Source of the DNA: Rebecca billardiae RCC1528 | Taxonomy: Eukaryota; Protista; Haptophyta | Direction: 5' to 3' | Length of the DNA: 64,000 nt | Assembly: GCA_965240325.2 (NCBI GenBank) | Contig: OZ251224.1 | Location: 806,001 to 870,000, forward strand | Part shown: positions 10,562-22,230 of the stretch, piece by piece | How the letters are laid out: every line of letters starts with the position of its first letter | Position numbering within the stretch: position 1 is the stretch's first letter | The notes under the pieces: model-generated | What the model was told of the DNA's origin: nothing | Databases searched by the model: none | The model's input: the letters and a program-made list of their open reading frames with translations, nothing else | Translations under genes and position numbers: made by a program

Positions 10562-12369
10562 CGCCCACGCCGCCAGCTCCACCGCCGGGCAGCACGTACT
10601 CGACTTCAACCGACTTCACGCACTGCCTGTACGAGGCGGCGCAGGGCGGCGCGCTGTGCAAGAGCATCGCCGACTGGCCGAGCGTGGGCGGCACCGTGCC
10701 GACCGAGCTGGGCAAGATCAGCGGCCTCGAGGCGCTGCGGCTCAGCGACGGCCGCACCTCGGGCTCCATCCCCACCGAGATCGGGGCGCTCACGCGGCTG
10801 CACACTCTGCAGATCGAGTGCGACGGCACCGCGTGCGGCGCGATGAGCGTGGGCCGGCTGCTACCCACTGAGATCGGCCAGCTCAGCGCGCTGAACGACC
10901 TCATCCTGTCCAAGCTGAGCTCGCCGGGCTCGACGATCCCCACCGAGATCGGCAGCTGCACCGACCTCGAGCTGGTCGACATTGCTGACTCGACGATCGG
11001 CGGCACCATCCCCACGCAGCTGATGCTCGCCAGCCTCACACAGCTCCAGCTGAACGACCTCGCAGGCCTCGGCGGCACGATCCCCACGACGATCGGCAAC
11101 GTCCTCACCGAGCCGAGCCCGACGGTGCCGCACGAGGCTGCGACGGTCGAGCTCAGCAACCTGCCAGGTCTGACGGGCACGCTGCCGACCGAGCTGGGGC
11201 GCATGAGCGGGCTGAGCGAGCTGCACGTGAGCGGCGACTACAACCTGATCGGCTCGCTGCCGACCGAGGTGGGCATGATGGCGAAGCTCGCCAAGCTGGA
11301 CACGTTCAACAATGACCTCGGCGGCGCCCTGCCGACCGAGCTCGCGCGCATCGCATCGAAGGCGTACGTGCTGAAGGGCGATGGCTCGATCAAGCCCAAC
11401 TCCGGCGGTCAGCTCACCTCGGTGGACGTGTCCGGCAATCGCATGGGCGGCGTGCTGCCGACCGAGCTTGGCCGCGTGACCGACCTGGCGTGCACGCTGG
11501 ACAACACAGCCAACACCTTCTTCACCGACCTCGGCCTCGCCACGCGCGACAACTTCTTCCTGCCAAACCCGACCGCCACGTTCGCCGCGCCGTCCAGCTG
11601 CCAGCCGAACGAGCAGTACTCGTCGCCCCCCTCGCCACCGCCTGCGCAGACGGAGGCGCCGGCCGAGGGGCTGGACGTGGAGGGCGAGCTGCAGATCAGC
11701 GCCGACCTGTCGCTGTGCGGGAGCCAGCCGTTCAAGGACGCTGTGTGCAACGGGCTCGCACGCGGCATCGGTGTGCAGAAGAACCGGTGCGAGGTGACCG
11801 GCTGCCGCAGCGGCTCGGTGGTCGTCTCGTACCGCATCAAGCAGGTGGCGGGCGAGTACACGGACACCATCCCGATCTCGGAGAAGCTGTCCGACATCAA
11901 GACAAAGATCCTGATCGCTGACTCCGTCTCGCAGAACACGGGCTTGCTCGTGGCGGCCCACTCGATCGTCTTGGTCGGCGTGTCCGAGTTTGGCTTCAAC
12001 CCACCACCACCGCCGAGCCCGCCGCCGTCGTCGCCGCCGCCCGAGCCCGAGATACAGTCGGCGCAGACACTCACCGATGGGGAGCTCGCCGGCACGGTCA
12101 TCGGCGCAGTGCTCGGCTGCTGCTGCCTCGTCGGCCTCGTGTACTTCATCATCTTCTTCTTGTGCAAGGGCAAGCGTAAGGACGAAGCAGCAGGCGGGGA
12201 CGAGCCCACCTTGCTCCCGGACGAAGCAGCAGCACGCGGCAGCGAGCCAGCGCCGCGGGATTCCAGCCAGCCCGTGTCGCAGGACAGCAGCGAGCCCGTT
12301 TCGCGAGTGTCGCCCGTCTTGCGCCCAGGTGCAACAGGCGACGTGAACGTGACCGTTATGCGCGCGTAA
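7690..12369 (+). CDS. Type I membrane surface protein: signal peptide, RCC1-like repeats, (SPPP)n extensin-like stalk, plant-type LRRs, SEA-like domain, TM, short tail
   Basis: ATG 7690 gives the signal peptide MRPRGITVVALAALAAAPATC (upstream in-frame ATGs at 7555 and 7567 are less likely). ~7 repeats of C.....G..KCWG...G.LG....RGD.PGEMGD.LP.IDLG. ~490 aa Pro/Ser tract. G.IPTEIG.L LRRs. GSVVVSYRI. TM LAGTVIGAVLGCCCLVGLVYFIIFFLC. Confidence 0.85.
9136..10590 (+). repeat. Coding low-complexity repeat (tcgccgccgcca)n encoding SPPP
   Basis: Direct reading. Nearly pure 12-bp units at ~9480-9750. Confidence 0.95.
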
Positions 12370-12672
12370 GTTTATTTTAATATAATTACAGCTGCCGACT
12401 ACAGCTGCCGACTGCTACGACGACACTGCTCTCGCCAGTCAATATATATTGACGACGACAAATTAGAATATATATATAATATAGCAATAACGCGACTGTG
12501 ACCGTAGTACAGCTAACAGTAATTACGGCGGTTAGACTGAAACGACTGAGTTATCAGTGACGCGACTAACGATGACGCGGTAGTATAATTTATTGTATTC
12601 TGATCGGTCATCCGCCATAATTATTATCTGCTGATGTCGTACGTACGGTAGTGCAGTTGTGGTGATGTCTGA

Positions 12673-12827
<155 letters not shown>

Positions 12828-12932
12828 GTTCTACACTGTGCCGATGAATTATTGGTTCGCGTCGCGATAATATCGCGATTATTGCTGACAGCAGATATGA
12901 CATGACGAATATAATAATAATTAAACTTAGAC

Positions 12933-12968
<36 letters not shown>

Positions 12969-13185
12969 ATATATATATTGTAACCGTTCGTGCGCTTATA
13001 TAGTTTAATCAAATTATATACCGTAATCCGTATGAACTAATCGTCATCGTTATTCAGTAGTGCGCCTTTTCGGAAATAACTCGGTATAGTAACTACTTTG
13101 CGCTGATACTGATAACTAGTCGTAAATTCTAATTCTATCCGTGAAGTAGTCGGCGTCCATAACTTCGGGGTGTGCTGTCACGCTG

Positions 13186-14238
13186 TCATTCCTTTTCCAA
13201 GCCGGGCGAAGCCGCGTCCGACTGCGAGTCGTGATCGCCGGCCGTTGGGTTAAGCAGCGCAGTGAGTAGCATGGCGTCCTCGTCAGGCAGGCCGAGCTCC
13301 CGCAGGTTGGCTCGCGCACCGTCGAGCTGGCGCTCGTCCTCCTTGCGATTGTGCTCGCTCGCGTGTCTCAGCGAGGCAGCTAGCAGCCGCGTGTCCACCC
13401 TAGGACGCGCACACTTCGGCTCGGCGGCAGGCGCGGGCTCGGCACCCGCCGGTGCCTCTTCTTCCGGGGCGTCGAGGTCATGGCGGACGAGAGCGTCAGC
13501 GCCGTCAGTGCGCAAGGTGTCCGCCAGCGCGCTGATGCCTTGCACGCGATGCGCCGTCCCGGCCTGCAGCCGACTCGTCACCCGTTGCTCGTCATTTCTG
13601 CGGTTGTGCTCGTGCACCTGGCGCAGCGAGATGCTCAACAGGCGCGGATCGGCCTGAGCAGCCACACGTTGCCCACCCGGCCCGCTCGACGCCTGCTCCC
13701 GCGGTGCGCTGGGAGTTGGATGATCGTCATTGCAGGGCTCAGTGCTGCGCCCTGCACTCCCAGCGTCGCCGCTATTTAGCATGGTCGTGAGTAGGCGTAC
13801 CTCGTGCTCCGCAATCGGTGCAGACTCGGGCAGGAGCCCACGCAGGTTTGCGCGAGCACCCTCGATTTGCCGCTCGTCTGCTGTGCGGTTGTGGATCTGC
13901 GCGTCCTGGATGGCATGCTGCAGCGCAAGCGTGTTGATCTTCTGCGAGCGGACGCGCTCACCACTGCTCTCCAGCTTGCGCTTCTTGATGATGTAGTCGA
14001 TGATCGGGTTGTCGTCCTCGCGCGGCCCGCGGATGAATGGCACACGATCCTTGGCGTCTCGCTGGAAGCGGCGGCTCCGCTCAACGTAGTCCTCTTCGTC
14101 CGCCGCCGCCTCCTCTCCCTGCTCGTATGAGGGCTGACGCAGGCGCGCGGCACGGTGACGGTGGTAGCCTTCCTCCTCGATGGCCTCGTCCTCCGCCGTG
14201 CGCGCAAACACGCTGTCGATCAGGCGGCCGCCCAGCAT
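13186..14238 (-). CDS. Hypothetical protein with three copies of a helical ...HNR..DE motif
   Basis: 350-aa ORF, charged composition, KKRK NLS-like motif. Repeats: NTLALQHAIQDAQIHNRTADERQ, DPRLLSISLRQVHEHNRRNDEQR, DTRLLAASLRHASEHNRKEDERQ. Confidence 0.65.
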   Translation of the reverse strand: MLGGRLIDSVFARTAEDEAIEEEGYHRHRAARLRQPSYEQGEEAAADEEDYVERSRRFQRDAKDRVPFIRGPREDDNPIIDYIIKKRKLESSGERVRSQKINTLALQHAIQDAQIHNRTADERQIEGARANLRGLLPESAPIAEHEVRLLTTMLNSGDAGSAGRSTEPCNDDHPTPSAPREQASSGPGGQRVAAQADPRLLSISLRQVHEHNRRNDEQRVTSRLQAGTAHRVQGISALADTLRTDGADALVRHDLDAPEEEAPAGAEPAPAAEPKCARPRVDTRLLAASLRHASEHNRKEDERQLDGARANLRELGLPDEDAMLLTALLNPTAGDHDSQSDAASPGLEKE

Positions 14239-14454
14239 CAAGCTCAGCGCTTGCCCAGCAAGTCCGGTGTATTACCATACACTCCGGTTCCTGAGCTAGT
14301 AGCCGCGCGCCGGCGCGCGGCCGCGCGCGCTGCGAAGGCCGAAGGCCGCACCGGCAGGCCGCAGCGCCCAACCGGAATGTTACGGCCACGCCAGCCGGGA
14401 GCGCTGGCGGGCTGCCACTTCGCGAGCCGGCACATCTTAACCTGAGCGGACGCG

Positions 14455-16209
14455 ATGTCGCCGTCGGTGACGCACGTGCATCAGTGGTCGGGGCCGCGCT
14501 CCATGTCGACCGCCGCGATGTACTCCTGGTACGCACGCGGCGACTGCACCTGCGTCGACGAGCCTCTGTACGCACACTTTTTGCGCGAGACGCCGCGCGC
14601 GTACCGGCCGTACCGCGACGAGCTGATGCGCGTGCAGTCGCCCGATGGCGAGAAGGTGGTGAAGGAGGTGCTGACAAAGGCGTACCCGACGCCGCTCGCC
14701 TTCTTCAAGCACATGGCCAAGCAGGCCATGAGCCTCAACATGTCGTGGGCCGTCGCGCCGACGACTCGGCACATCATCCTCATCCGCGACCCGATGCGCC
14801 AGCTCGCGAGCTTCGCCTCCGCGCCGTTCATCGAGAACCCGTCGGTGGACGAGCTCTCGCTCCCTCAGCTGGTCGCCCTGCACACTCAGCTTACCGAGCT
14901 GTGCGACCACGCTCCGGTCGTGATCGACGCGGACGACCTCTCCAAAAACCCGGTGGGCATGCTGCACGCGCTGTGCGCAGAGCTCGGCGTGCCGTACAGC
15001 GCGGCGATGCTGGCGTGGTCGGAGGGGCCGAAGCCGTGCGACGGGATGTGGGCGAAGCACTGGTACGACTCCGTCCACCGCACCACCGGCTGGCTGGGCA
15101 AGCACTCCGCCACCGCGTACCGCACGCTCTCGACCGACCTGCTGCCCGTGCTGCGCGCCGCCGAGCCGTTCTACAACTACCTGCGCACGTTTGCGATCCG
15201 GCCAAAGGCGGAGGGCGGCGCGGAGGGCGGCGATGCGCCGACGGCGGTGATCGACCACGGCGTGGTGCGCTCCCTCCTCCCCGACCCTCGCAACGCCGAC
15301 CTGCTCGTCTGGATCGGCCCGCCCGGCCGCGGCCGGCTCGTGCCTCGCGAGCTCGCGCGCGTGTCCGTGTTCGACTCGGCCGTGCAGGGCGGCGACGCGG
15401 TGTGGGAGGGGCTGCGCGTGTACCGCGGGCGTGTCTTCAAGCTCGAGACGCACCTCTCGCGCCTGTACGCCTCGGCGCGCGCCATGGACTTCGCGCACGT
15501 GCACACGCCCGAGGAGGTGCGCGACGCCATCTTCCAGACCCTCGCGGCCAACGGCATGCGCGACGGCGTGCACATCCGGCTCACGCTCACGCGCGGCGAG
15601 AAGACGACGTCGAGCATGAACCCAAAGTTCAACGTGTACGGGTGCACGCTCATCGTCCTCGCCGAGTGGAAGCCGGCCGAGAGCGTCGCCACCTACGACA
15701 ACGAGAAGGGCATCGAGCTGATCACCGCGGCGAACCGGCGCAACCCGCCGTCGTGCGTCGACTCCAAGATCCACCACAACAACCTGATCAACAACATCCT
15801 GCCCAAGATCCAGGCCAACTACGCGGGCGCAGCGGACGCGATCATGCTCGACGTGGACGGCTTCGTCGCCGAGACGAACGCCACGAACCTCTTCATGTTC
15901 AAGGACGACACGCTGCTCACGCCCGCCGCCGACCACTGCCTGCCCGGCATCACGCGCGCCACCGTGCTCTCGCTCGCCGAGGAGCTGGACATCGCAGCCG
16001 TCGAGCGCCGGATCAGCCTCGCTGAGTTCCACGCGGCGGACGAGGTGTTCACGACCGGCACGATGGGCGAGCTCACGCCGGTCGTGCGCATCGACGGCCG
16101 GGCCATTGGCGACGGCGCAGTGGGGAAGCGCACCACCCAGATGCGCCAGGCATTCGCCCAGCTGCCGGACAGGGACGACCCCGAGCACGCCGAGCTGCCC
16201 GAGTTCTGA
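14455..16209 (+). CDS. Sulfotransferase-like domain fused to a class IV PLP aminotransferase (branched-chain aminotransferase-like)
   Basis: N-domain: WSGPRSMSTA.MYS, DEPLYA, FFKHMAK, LIRDP, GMWAKHWY. C-domain: SVFDSAVQGGDAVWEGLRVY, H.SRL, SKIHHNNL, ETNATNLF, LPGITR, ADEVFTTGTMGE. Confidence 0.92.
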   Translation: MSPSVTHVHQWSGPRSMSTAAMYSWYARGDCTCVDEPLYAHFLRETPRAYRPYRDELMRVQSPDGEKVVKEVLTKAYPTPLAFFKHMAKQAMSLNMSWAVAPTTRHIILIRDPMRQLASFASAPFIENPSVDELSLPQLVALHTQLTELCDHAPVVIDADDLSKNPVGMLHALCAELGVPYSAAMLAWSEGPKPCDGMWAKHWYDSVHRTTGWLGKHSATAYRTLSTDLLPVLRAAEPFYNYLRTFAIRPKAEGGAEGGDAPTAVIDHGVVRSLLPDPRNADLLVWIGPPGRGRLVPRELARVSVFDSAVQGGDAVWEGLRVYRGRVFKLETHLSRLYASARAMDFAHVHTPEEVRDAIFQTLAANGMRDGVHIRLTLTRGEKTTSSMNPKFNVYGCTLIVLAEWKPAESVATYDNEKGIELITAANRRNPPSCVDSKIHHNNLINNILPKIQANYAGAADAIMLDVDGFVAETNATNLFMFKDDTLLTPAADHCLPGITRATVLSLAEELDIAAVERRISLAEFHAADEVFTTGTMGELTPVVRIDGRAIGDGAVGKRTTQMRQAFAQLPDRDDPEHAELPEF

Positions 16210-16956
16210 CCTTCGGAGTCTCCTCAGACACTCGGAGGCGGTTGGGGCTGAGGGCCGGTGGCGTCCGTATGTGCGACGGCGCGGGTGCCGGGTTGCTTGT
16301 GCGCACCGATGAGGGTGCAGCTGTTGTGCTGAAGGAAGCGACGCAACGGGCTGCGCGGGGGGTTGCGCTGTCAGGCCATCCCGAGTTTGAGCAGGCCACG
16401 CAGGTGGCTGGTGCCACTCAGCCCAGCTTTGCGAGGACTGAGAGTGAGTGCTGCGGAGCCGGCTGAGGCTGAGGCAGAGTGGGTTCCGCCGGCGGACGGC
16501 GGTGCGGCTGCGCCGGGTGCGTCGAGCGTGGCTGCGTGTGTCATGACGCGAGTCACAGTCATCGTCGTATATCGTCATGAGTTTCTTTCTGCTCGCGCGC
16601 GTCGATCAGCATCGATTCATCTGCTCGTCGGATGAGTCCGATCACGCGCGCGGTCGGCCGGGCCGCTGGCACTTGGCAGCGCCGCCTGCGCGCGCGCGCA
16701 CATATGGTCATCATATGATTATAGTAGCAGTAGTACGTATATACGTATATAGCACCTATATTTATTCGTCGTCATCATCAGAGTCAGCATGCATAAATCC
16801 AGCTGACGACATCATCAATAATTCGTCCTTATTTGGTGTCAGACAGTCACTAGCTTAGTCAGTGTCGTCATCACGGCGACTGAAAACGTTCGTTCGGAAT
16901 GCCGCCCGTGCATGCTCACTGCTCAGTCGAAAGCAAATAGCAATATTGCTGCTAGC

Positions 16957-19952
16957 TTACTTGTGCGCAAGGGTGAATTCGCCGCCGACGAACTCAAGCT
17001 TTTCCTCCTCCACCATGGTCATCAGCAGCGCCTGGAGCTGCTGCTCCGTCTTGTCGTACTTGAGGGGCTGCGGGGAGAACGCGCGGTCCGCGCGCGCGGC
17101 ACGCGCACCGGTCGCGGCTCCGTTGATGTCAGAGACGCGCAGGCGCGGGGCGCGCGGCGCAGCGCGCGAGTGCGTGCGCGGTGGCGCCCGCGCGGCTCGC
17201 GGCGGCTCGCGTGGGCGCACCTCCGTCACGAACATCTTGAGCATGTTGTGGATGCGCGCGAGCGTGAGCTTGCCCAGGTTGGTGAGCATGTTGGTCACGT
17301 ACGAGGCGTAGATCTCCAGGTCCTTCTCCGAGGCGGCGGCGCTCGTCATCACCGACGAGCGCGCGCCGTCCTCGTCGTGCGGCTGGTGGTGCTCGAGCGC
17401 GGCGGCGCGGCCGAGGGAGGAGACCACCTCGAACGTCGGCTCCTGCGCCGACTCAAGCTCCGTGATGTACCTGCCACAGGCACGGCCGCAGCGGCGGGGC
17501 GACGGTCGCGGAGCAGGCGGCGCCGCGCGGGCGCGCGCGCGGGGCATGGGCGCGCTTGCTCGCGGTCGGCCGTCCGGCCGCGCGCCGCGCCGCGCCGCGC
17601 GACGCGACGCGGCGGCGTGCGCGCGGCGCACCCGCGAGCGACCCAGTGCGCGATGCGCTTTCGCAGCGTCGCCGGCGCGAGGTCCATCTTCGCCGCGAGC
17701 CCCGCGAGCGTCCAGCGCGGCGCGTCGCCAAAGTGCAGCATCACAGTCGCCTGCGCGGGCGTGCACACAACGTCTGCGACGAGCTGCCCGCCGATCTCGA
17801 GGTCGAGGGTGACGGAGCCGAGCCCGCCCTTCCAGACGAGCTTGCGCGGCGACTTGAAGTGCGCGTACTGCTTCTCGAACCGCTTGAGCGAGCGCTCGAC
17901 CAGCGGGTGGTTCTTGAACGGCTCGTCCGAGAGCGCGGGCCAGCACATGCGTGAGATGATAGTGACGCTCAGCGCGCCGTCCAGGCCGAGCGGCGAGCGC
18001 GAGATCGCCTCGGAGATGGTGCGGCCGATGCGGCGCGAGTCGGTGAGGTCCTTGAGCATGATCTCGCACATGTGCAGCGCGCTCTCGCCGAAGCGCACCT
18101 TGAGCATCTCGAGGTGCCGCCGCTCACGGTCGATGTCGAACTCGGCGACGTTGGCCGCGCCCAGCAGCTTGTCCGCCAGCATCGCGCGGTACTCGTTCAC
18201 AAACAGCTCCTTCGAGCCGTACACCGAGACGAGGATGGAGAGGACGTCGCCGCGGGCGCGCGCGGCGGCTGAGCCGGTCGGGTCGGCCTCGATCGGCAGC
18301 GGCGTCCACAGCTTCGCCGCCTCCACCAGGCTCAGCCCCGCGTGCGCGCCGCCGTCGGCCATCGGCTCGGCGCCGTCGACCGCCGTCACGATCGCCGCCG
18401 CGTCCGCGCCGCCGAGCGCGTCGGCGAGGTCGGTGGCGGAGTCGTCGGTGAGGCCGGTGACGATCTGGCGCACGGTGTCCGGCCTGCGCTTGAGGTACTC
18501 GCACACCGGCGCGGACACGCGCTGCAGCAGCACGCCGCTCGGGTCGAGCAGCTGCAGCGCCCTGATCGTCGCCATGTACACCTGGAGTACCTGCGCCGTG
18601 TTGGCGCCCGGCCGCAGCAGCCGCGCGCCCAGCGCGGCGCGCACCGAGCTGGTGAGCTCGGCGTGCTGGTGCGTGTGCTTGAGGCTCTCGGCGAGGTCCT
18701 CCAGCGCAGGCGTCGACTCGGGGAAGTCCGTGATGATCTCGAACAGCTCGCCGATCCGCAGCGAGCCGAACGTCTCGTACACAAACAGGCGGAGCTGCTG
18801 AGACCAGTCGGACGCGCGCGCGCGCGGCGCGCTGCTGCCCGCGCGGTCGAGCTCCGCGACGCCGGGCGCGGCGGTGGGCGCGGGCGCGGCAGCGGTCGCG
18901 CGCGCGCCGCGGCCGATCGGCTCGAGCCACGGCAGCAGCTGCGTCGAGAGCCAGCGCAGCACGCGGCTCAGCAGCCGCGCGTCGAAGCGGGTGGCACACT
19001 TGGCGTGCACGTGTGCGTACAGCCGCATGTTGAGCATCATCGAGAGCGGGCCCTCGGTGTGGCGCAGCCAGCTGAGCGCGCGCAGCTGCTCGCAGCAGAG
19101 GGCGAACGAGCCGAGCAAGACCTCGAGCGCGGCCGCGCCCGCCGACGCGCGCGTCGCGCTCTCCACCTCCATCGCCGTGCCGCCGCCGTGGGCGGCCGCC
19201 TCGGCCGCGGCGCGCTGCACAAAGGCGCGCGCGGCGTGCATCTGTTCAGCACTGAGCACACTCGCGCCTTCCAAGTCGTCGTCGGCACCGATGTCGGCAC
19301 CGGCGTCGCTCTCGGCATCATCGTCAGCCCCGTCGTCCGCCTCCTCCTCGTGGGCGCCCCCGGACCCTGCGCCCGCGCCCTCGCCCCTGCTCGCGCGCGC
19401 TCCGCCCAGCAGGCAGCTGAGCGCAGGCGGCAGCGCGCCGTGCTGCCGGCGGTAGCTGAAGTGGTCGAGGAAGGAGCGGTCCCAGAAGGTGACCATCAGC
19501 GCGTACAGGTCACAGCCTGGAGGCACGCGCACCACGAGCTGCGAGTACGCCGCGAGCAGCAGCGCGTCCGACCGCGACGTCGCGCCCGGCGGCACCGCCG
19601 CCGCGGGCCCGAGATGTGTCTCAAGCGCTTGCAGCGCGCGCGTGTGTGCCATCATGTCGCGGTGCATCTCGTGCACGGCGTTGAGCATAGCGCACTGCGT
19701 GCGCCGCGCAGACATCGGCACGCCATCGCCCTCGCCGGCGAAGTGCGCCCAGAAGCGCGGGATCAGCCTCGAGTCGATGTCGGCGCGCACCTGCTCGGCG
19801 CAGAAGTCGACGAGCAACGCCTCGGCGCCCAGCTCGCTCAGCACGTGGAGCGCCGCGGGATCGAAGGCGGAGGTCGCGTGCTCGTCGCGCTGCGCGAACG
19901 ACGCGAGGACTGAGTTCCACGCGCTGTCGAGCGCCGCGTCCGAGTGCGGCAT
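16957..19952 (-). CDS. APC2: Anaphase-promoting complex subunit 2 (cullin family). Exons 19952-17632, 17470-17221, 17067-16957
   Basis: LRIGELFEIITDFPES.PALEDL, RLLRPGANT, YLKRRPDTVRQIV, WTPLPIEADP, LVSVYGSKELFVNEYR, CEIMLKDL.DSRRI, RKLVW, and a C-terminal winged helix (Y.TNMLTNLG.L.L.RIHNMLKMF). GT-AG introns 17471-17631 and 17068-17220 restore the frame. Confidence 0.93.
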
Positions 19953-20076
19953 CGCGAGGGCGCGCACGCGCACGCCAACCTCCGTGCGTGCGCGGTGCGC
20001 CGTGCGCTTCGACCGGCAAGCGGAGCGCCGGCGGCACGATGGCGGCTGCGCTTGCCAACGGCAAGATCTTCCGACC

Positions 20077-21288
20077 ATGCAGCATTCGATCGGCGTGTGC
20101 TGGATGCTTGCCCTGTACAAGCACGAGTGCCGGAGTACCAACGACTTCCTCGAACACCGCCTCGCACGCGCGACGCTCTTCAACATGCAGCGCTCCCTCG
20201 CGCAAAACCCGCACGTCCGCGCGTGTCTCATCACGACGATGGCCGAGGCGCAGATGCGGCCGTTGACAACCGAGTTCCTCGACCGGCGGTACGGCGGCCG
20301 AACACTGGAATGGTTTGCGCATGTCGATGTGATTCACCTCCCGTGCACGCTCCCACCCGTTGACGCGAATCTGCGCGCCGCACTGCCGGGCACTCGCTGG
20401 CCGGCCAGTGCGCTGCCAATCGCGCGACCATGCGCATACTGCGCGCTCGCCGAGCGCTACGCCGAGAACGGCACGCGCGCCGGAGACGAGCACGCCGAGA
20501 AGGCGCGCGCGATGAGGTACGCGCGCTACCTGAAGATCGCCGCGCTCGCCGCCGCGCCGTACGAGACCACGCTGCTCCTCGATGCTGATGTCTCGCTGTG
20601 TGCGCACGCGCTCGACGCGCTGGCGGGCGTGGCCGCGGCGATGCGCCGACTAGGCGCGTCGGTTGGCGCCCGGCTGCTACGGCCGAGCCCGCGTAAGCAC
20701 CTGTCGCAGAACTGTGATGACGAGTGCGCGCGCCTGGTGCCGCGGGGCGCCGCGCGGCTCGACACCTCTGCACTCGGCCGCGCCACCGAGCGGCACATGC
20801 GGTGCGTGACGGGCTGCCTCAACCGCGGCGGGCGCGACGGCGTGTGCGGCGCCAACACGGGCGTGATGGTCGTGCGCCGCTCGGCGCGGGTGGAGCAGCT
20901 GAGCGCGGCATGGCACTGGCGGTACGCGCTCGGGCTTTACACGCGCTCCCTCGCGCGCTCGCCTGCGGGGCGACCGCCGTTCCGTGACCAGACCGCTTTT
21001 GGCGACCATGGGCTGAGCAGTCCAAGCCGGTCACTGTGCGCTGGCGTGGCCAACCTGCCTCTCAACCTGCACCTTGGGCGCAGCCCGCGGGAGGTGGGGC
21101 AGGGGCAGGTGCGCGTACGGGGGGAGCCGATCGCGGTGCACGCGTGCAAGAAGGGTAGCAGGCAGGAGGGCTGCATCATGGAGTACGAGTGCTGCTTAGA
21201 GCGTGCCGCCGCGTGTGTCGGCAACGCAACACAACCGCTCACGCCGCAGTTTTGGGCCCGCGCGCACGGCAAGTCACTGCGGGCCTAG
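20077..21288 (+). CDS. Putative GT-A fold glycosyltransferase (start uncertain)
   Basis: LKIAAL...PYETTLLLDADV (DxD), NTGVMV and RDQ.AF motifs in GT-A order. Confidence 0.5.
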   Translation: MQHSIGVCWMLALYKHECRSTNDFLEHRLARATLFNMQRSLAQNPHVRACLITTMAEAQMRPLTTEFLDRRYGGRTLEWFAHVDVIHLPCTLPPVDANLRAALPGTRWPASALPIARPCAYCALAERYAENGTRAGDEHAEKARAMRYARYLKIAALAAAPYETTLLLDADVSLCAHALDALAGVAAAMRRLGASVGARLLRPSPRKHLSQNCDDECARLVPRGAARLDTSALGRATERHMRCVTGCLNRGGRDGVCGANTGVMVVRRSARVEQLSAAWHWRYALGLYTRSLARSPAGRPPFRDQTAFGDHGLSSPSRSLCAGVANLPLNLHLGRSPREVGQGQVRVRGEPIAVHACKKGSRQEGCIMEYECCLERAAACVGNATQPLTPQFWARAHGKSLRA

Positions 21289-22230
21289 CATCAGACTTCA
21301 TCGTGCATAAGCACTTGATGATGCGACGAGGCTTCACTGATGAGCAGGCTGCGCGATATGTATATATACACACATATATATATATATATCAGCGTCGCGC
21401 AATATTATTGCAAGCAGGCGGCAGACGGGCAGTGCCGCAGTGCGCTTCCACCGCGCGGTCCGCGCGCTGCTTAGTCATAGTGCTTGTCGTCATCAACGTC
21501 CGAACCACCGCCAAGTCAGGGCTCGCACGAACAGTTCGACATCAGTAGCTCGGTCAGGCGGCACAGTGATCGGCGCGGTCGTGGCCTGGGGGCGACCGAC
21601 ACCTCGCATGGATGCACCGTTTCACGCAACCGGCGCTCGCGGGCCGTGGGGGACTCAGCCAGCCAGCGTGCCGTGGCGGCGTGCGCCCCCTGCGGGCGGC
21701 GGCCGATGGCGGGCGAGTCGCCGCTGCCCGCAGAAGACGTGCGTCGGAGGCAATGAAGCGGGCAGATGGCGCGTCGAGCGTGTCGTGAAACTCGGTCGCG
21801 ACGCTCACCAGCCTCAGCGCGCGCGGCGAAGCCACGTTCATGGGCGCCCCGCGTGCAGGCGGCATGGCCACCCCACTCGGTCGAGCGACCGGCCTCGCCC
21901 GCGTTCTTGCGGCTCGGAAGGGCATCCCAGCTGCGGTCATTCGACTTGTGCGTTGAGAGCTGTGTGCCAGCTAGCCAAAGCGCACGCGCGCGAGCAGCAC
22001 GGCGCGCGCACACGTCGCCCGCCGCACCGGCCGAGCGTGCGCCGAAAGCGGCACAGCGGGCGAGAGAGGGCCCCGATCCGAAGGCGGGTCTCGTCGAGGG
22101 CCTTCCAGCACCCAGGATCCTGGATGCTGGGTCCTCGCGTTGTCCAGCTGGCGCAACGCTCCGATTGGGGATCCGACGGGGATCCGCGGCCGCGTCGCCC
22201 CAGTTTGCGTGAGCGGCTGGGTTTGGCGTA

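Noticed and set aside
9114-11204. Gly-rich antisense ORF and other long Arg/Ala-rich overlapping ORFs across the window
   Set aside because: Shadow frames of GC-rich coding sequence and of the SPPP repeat.
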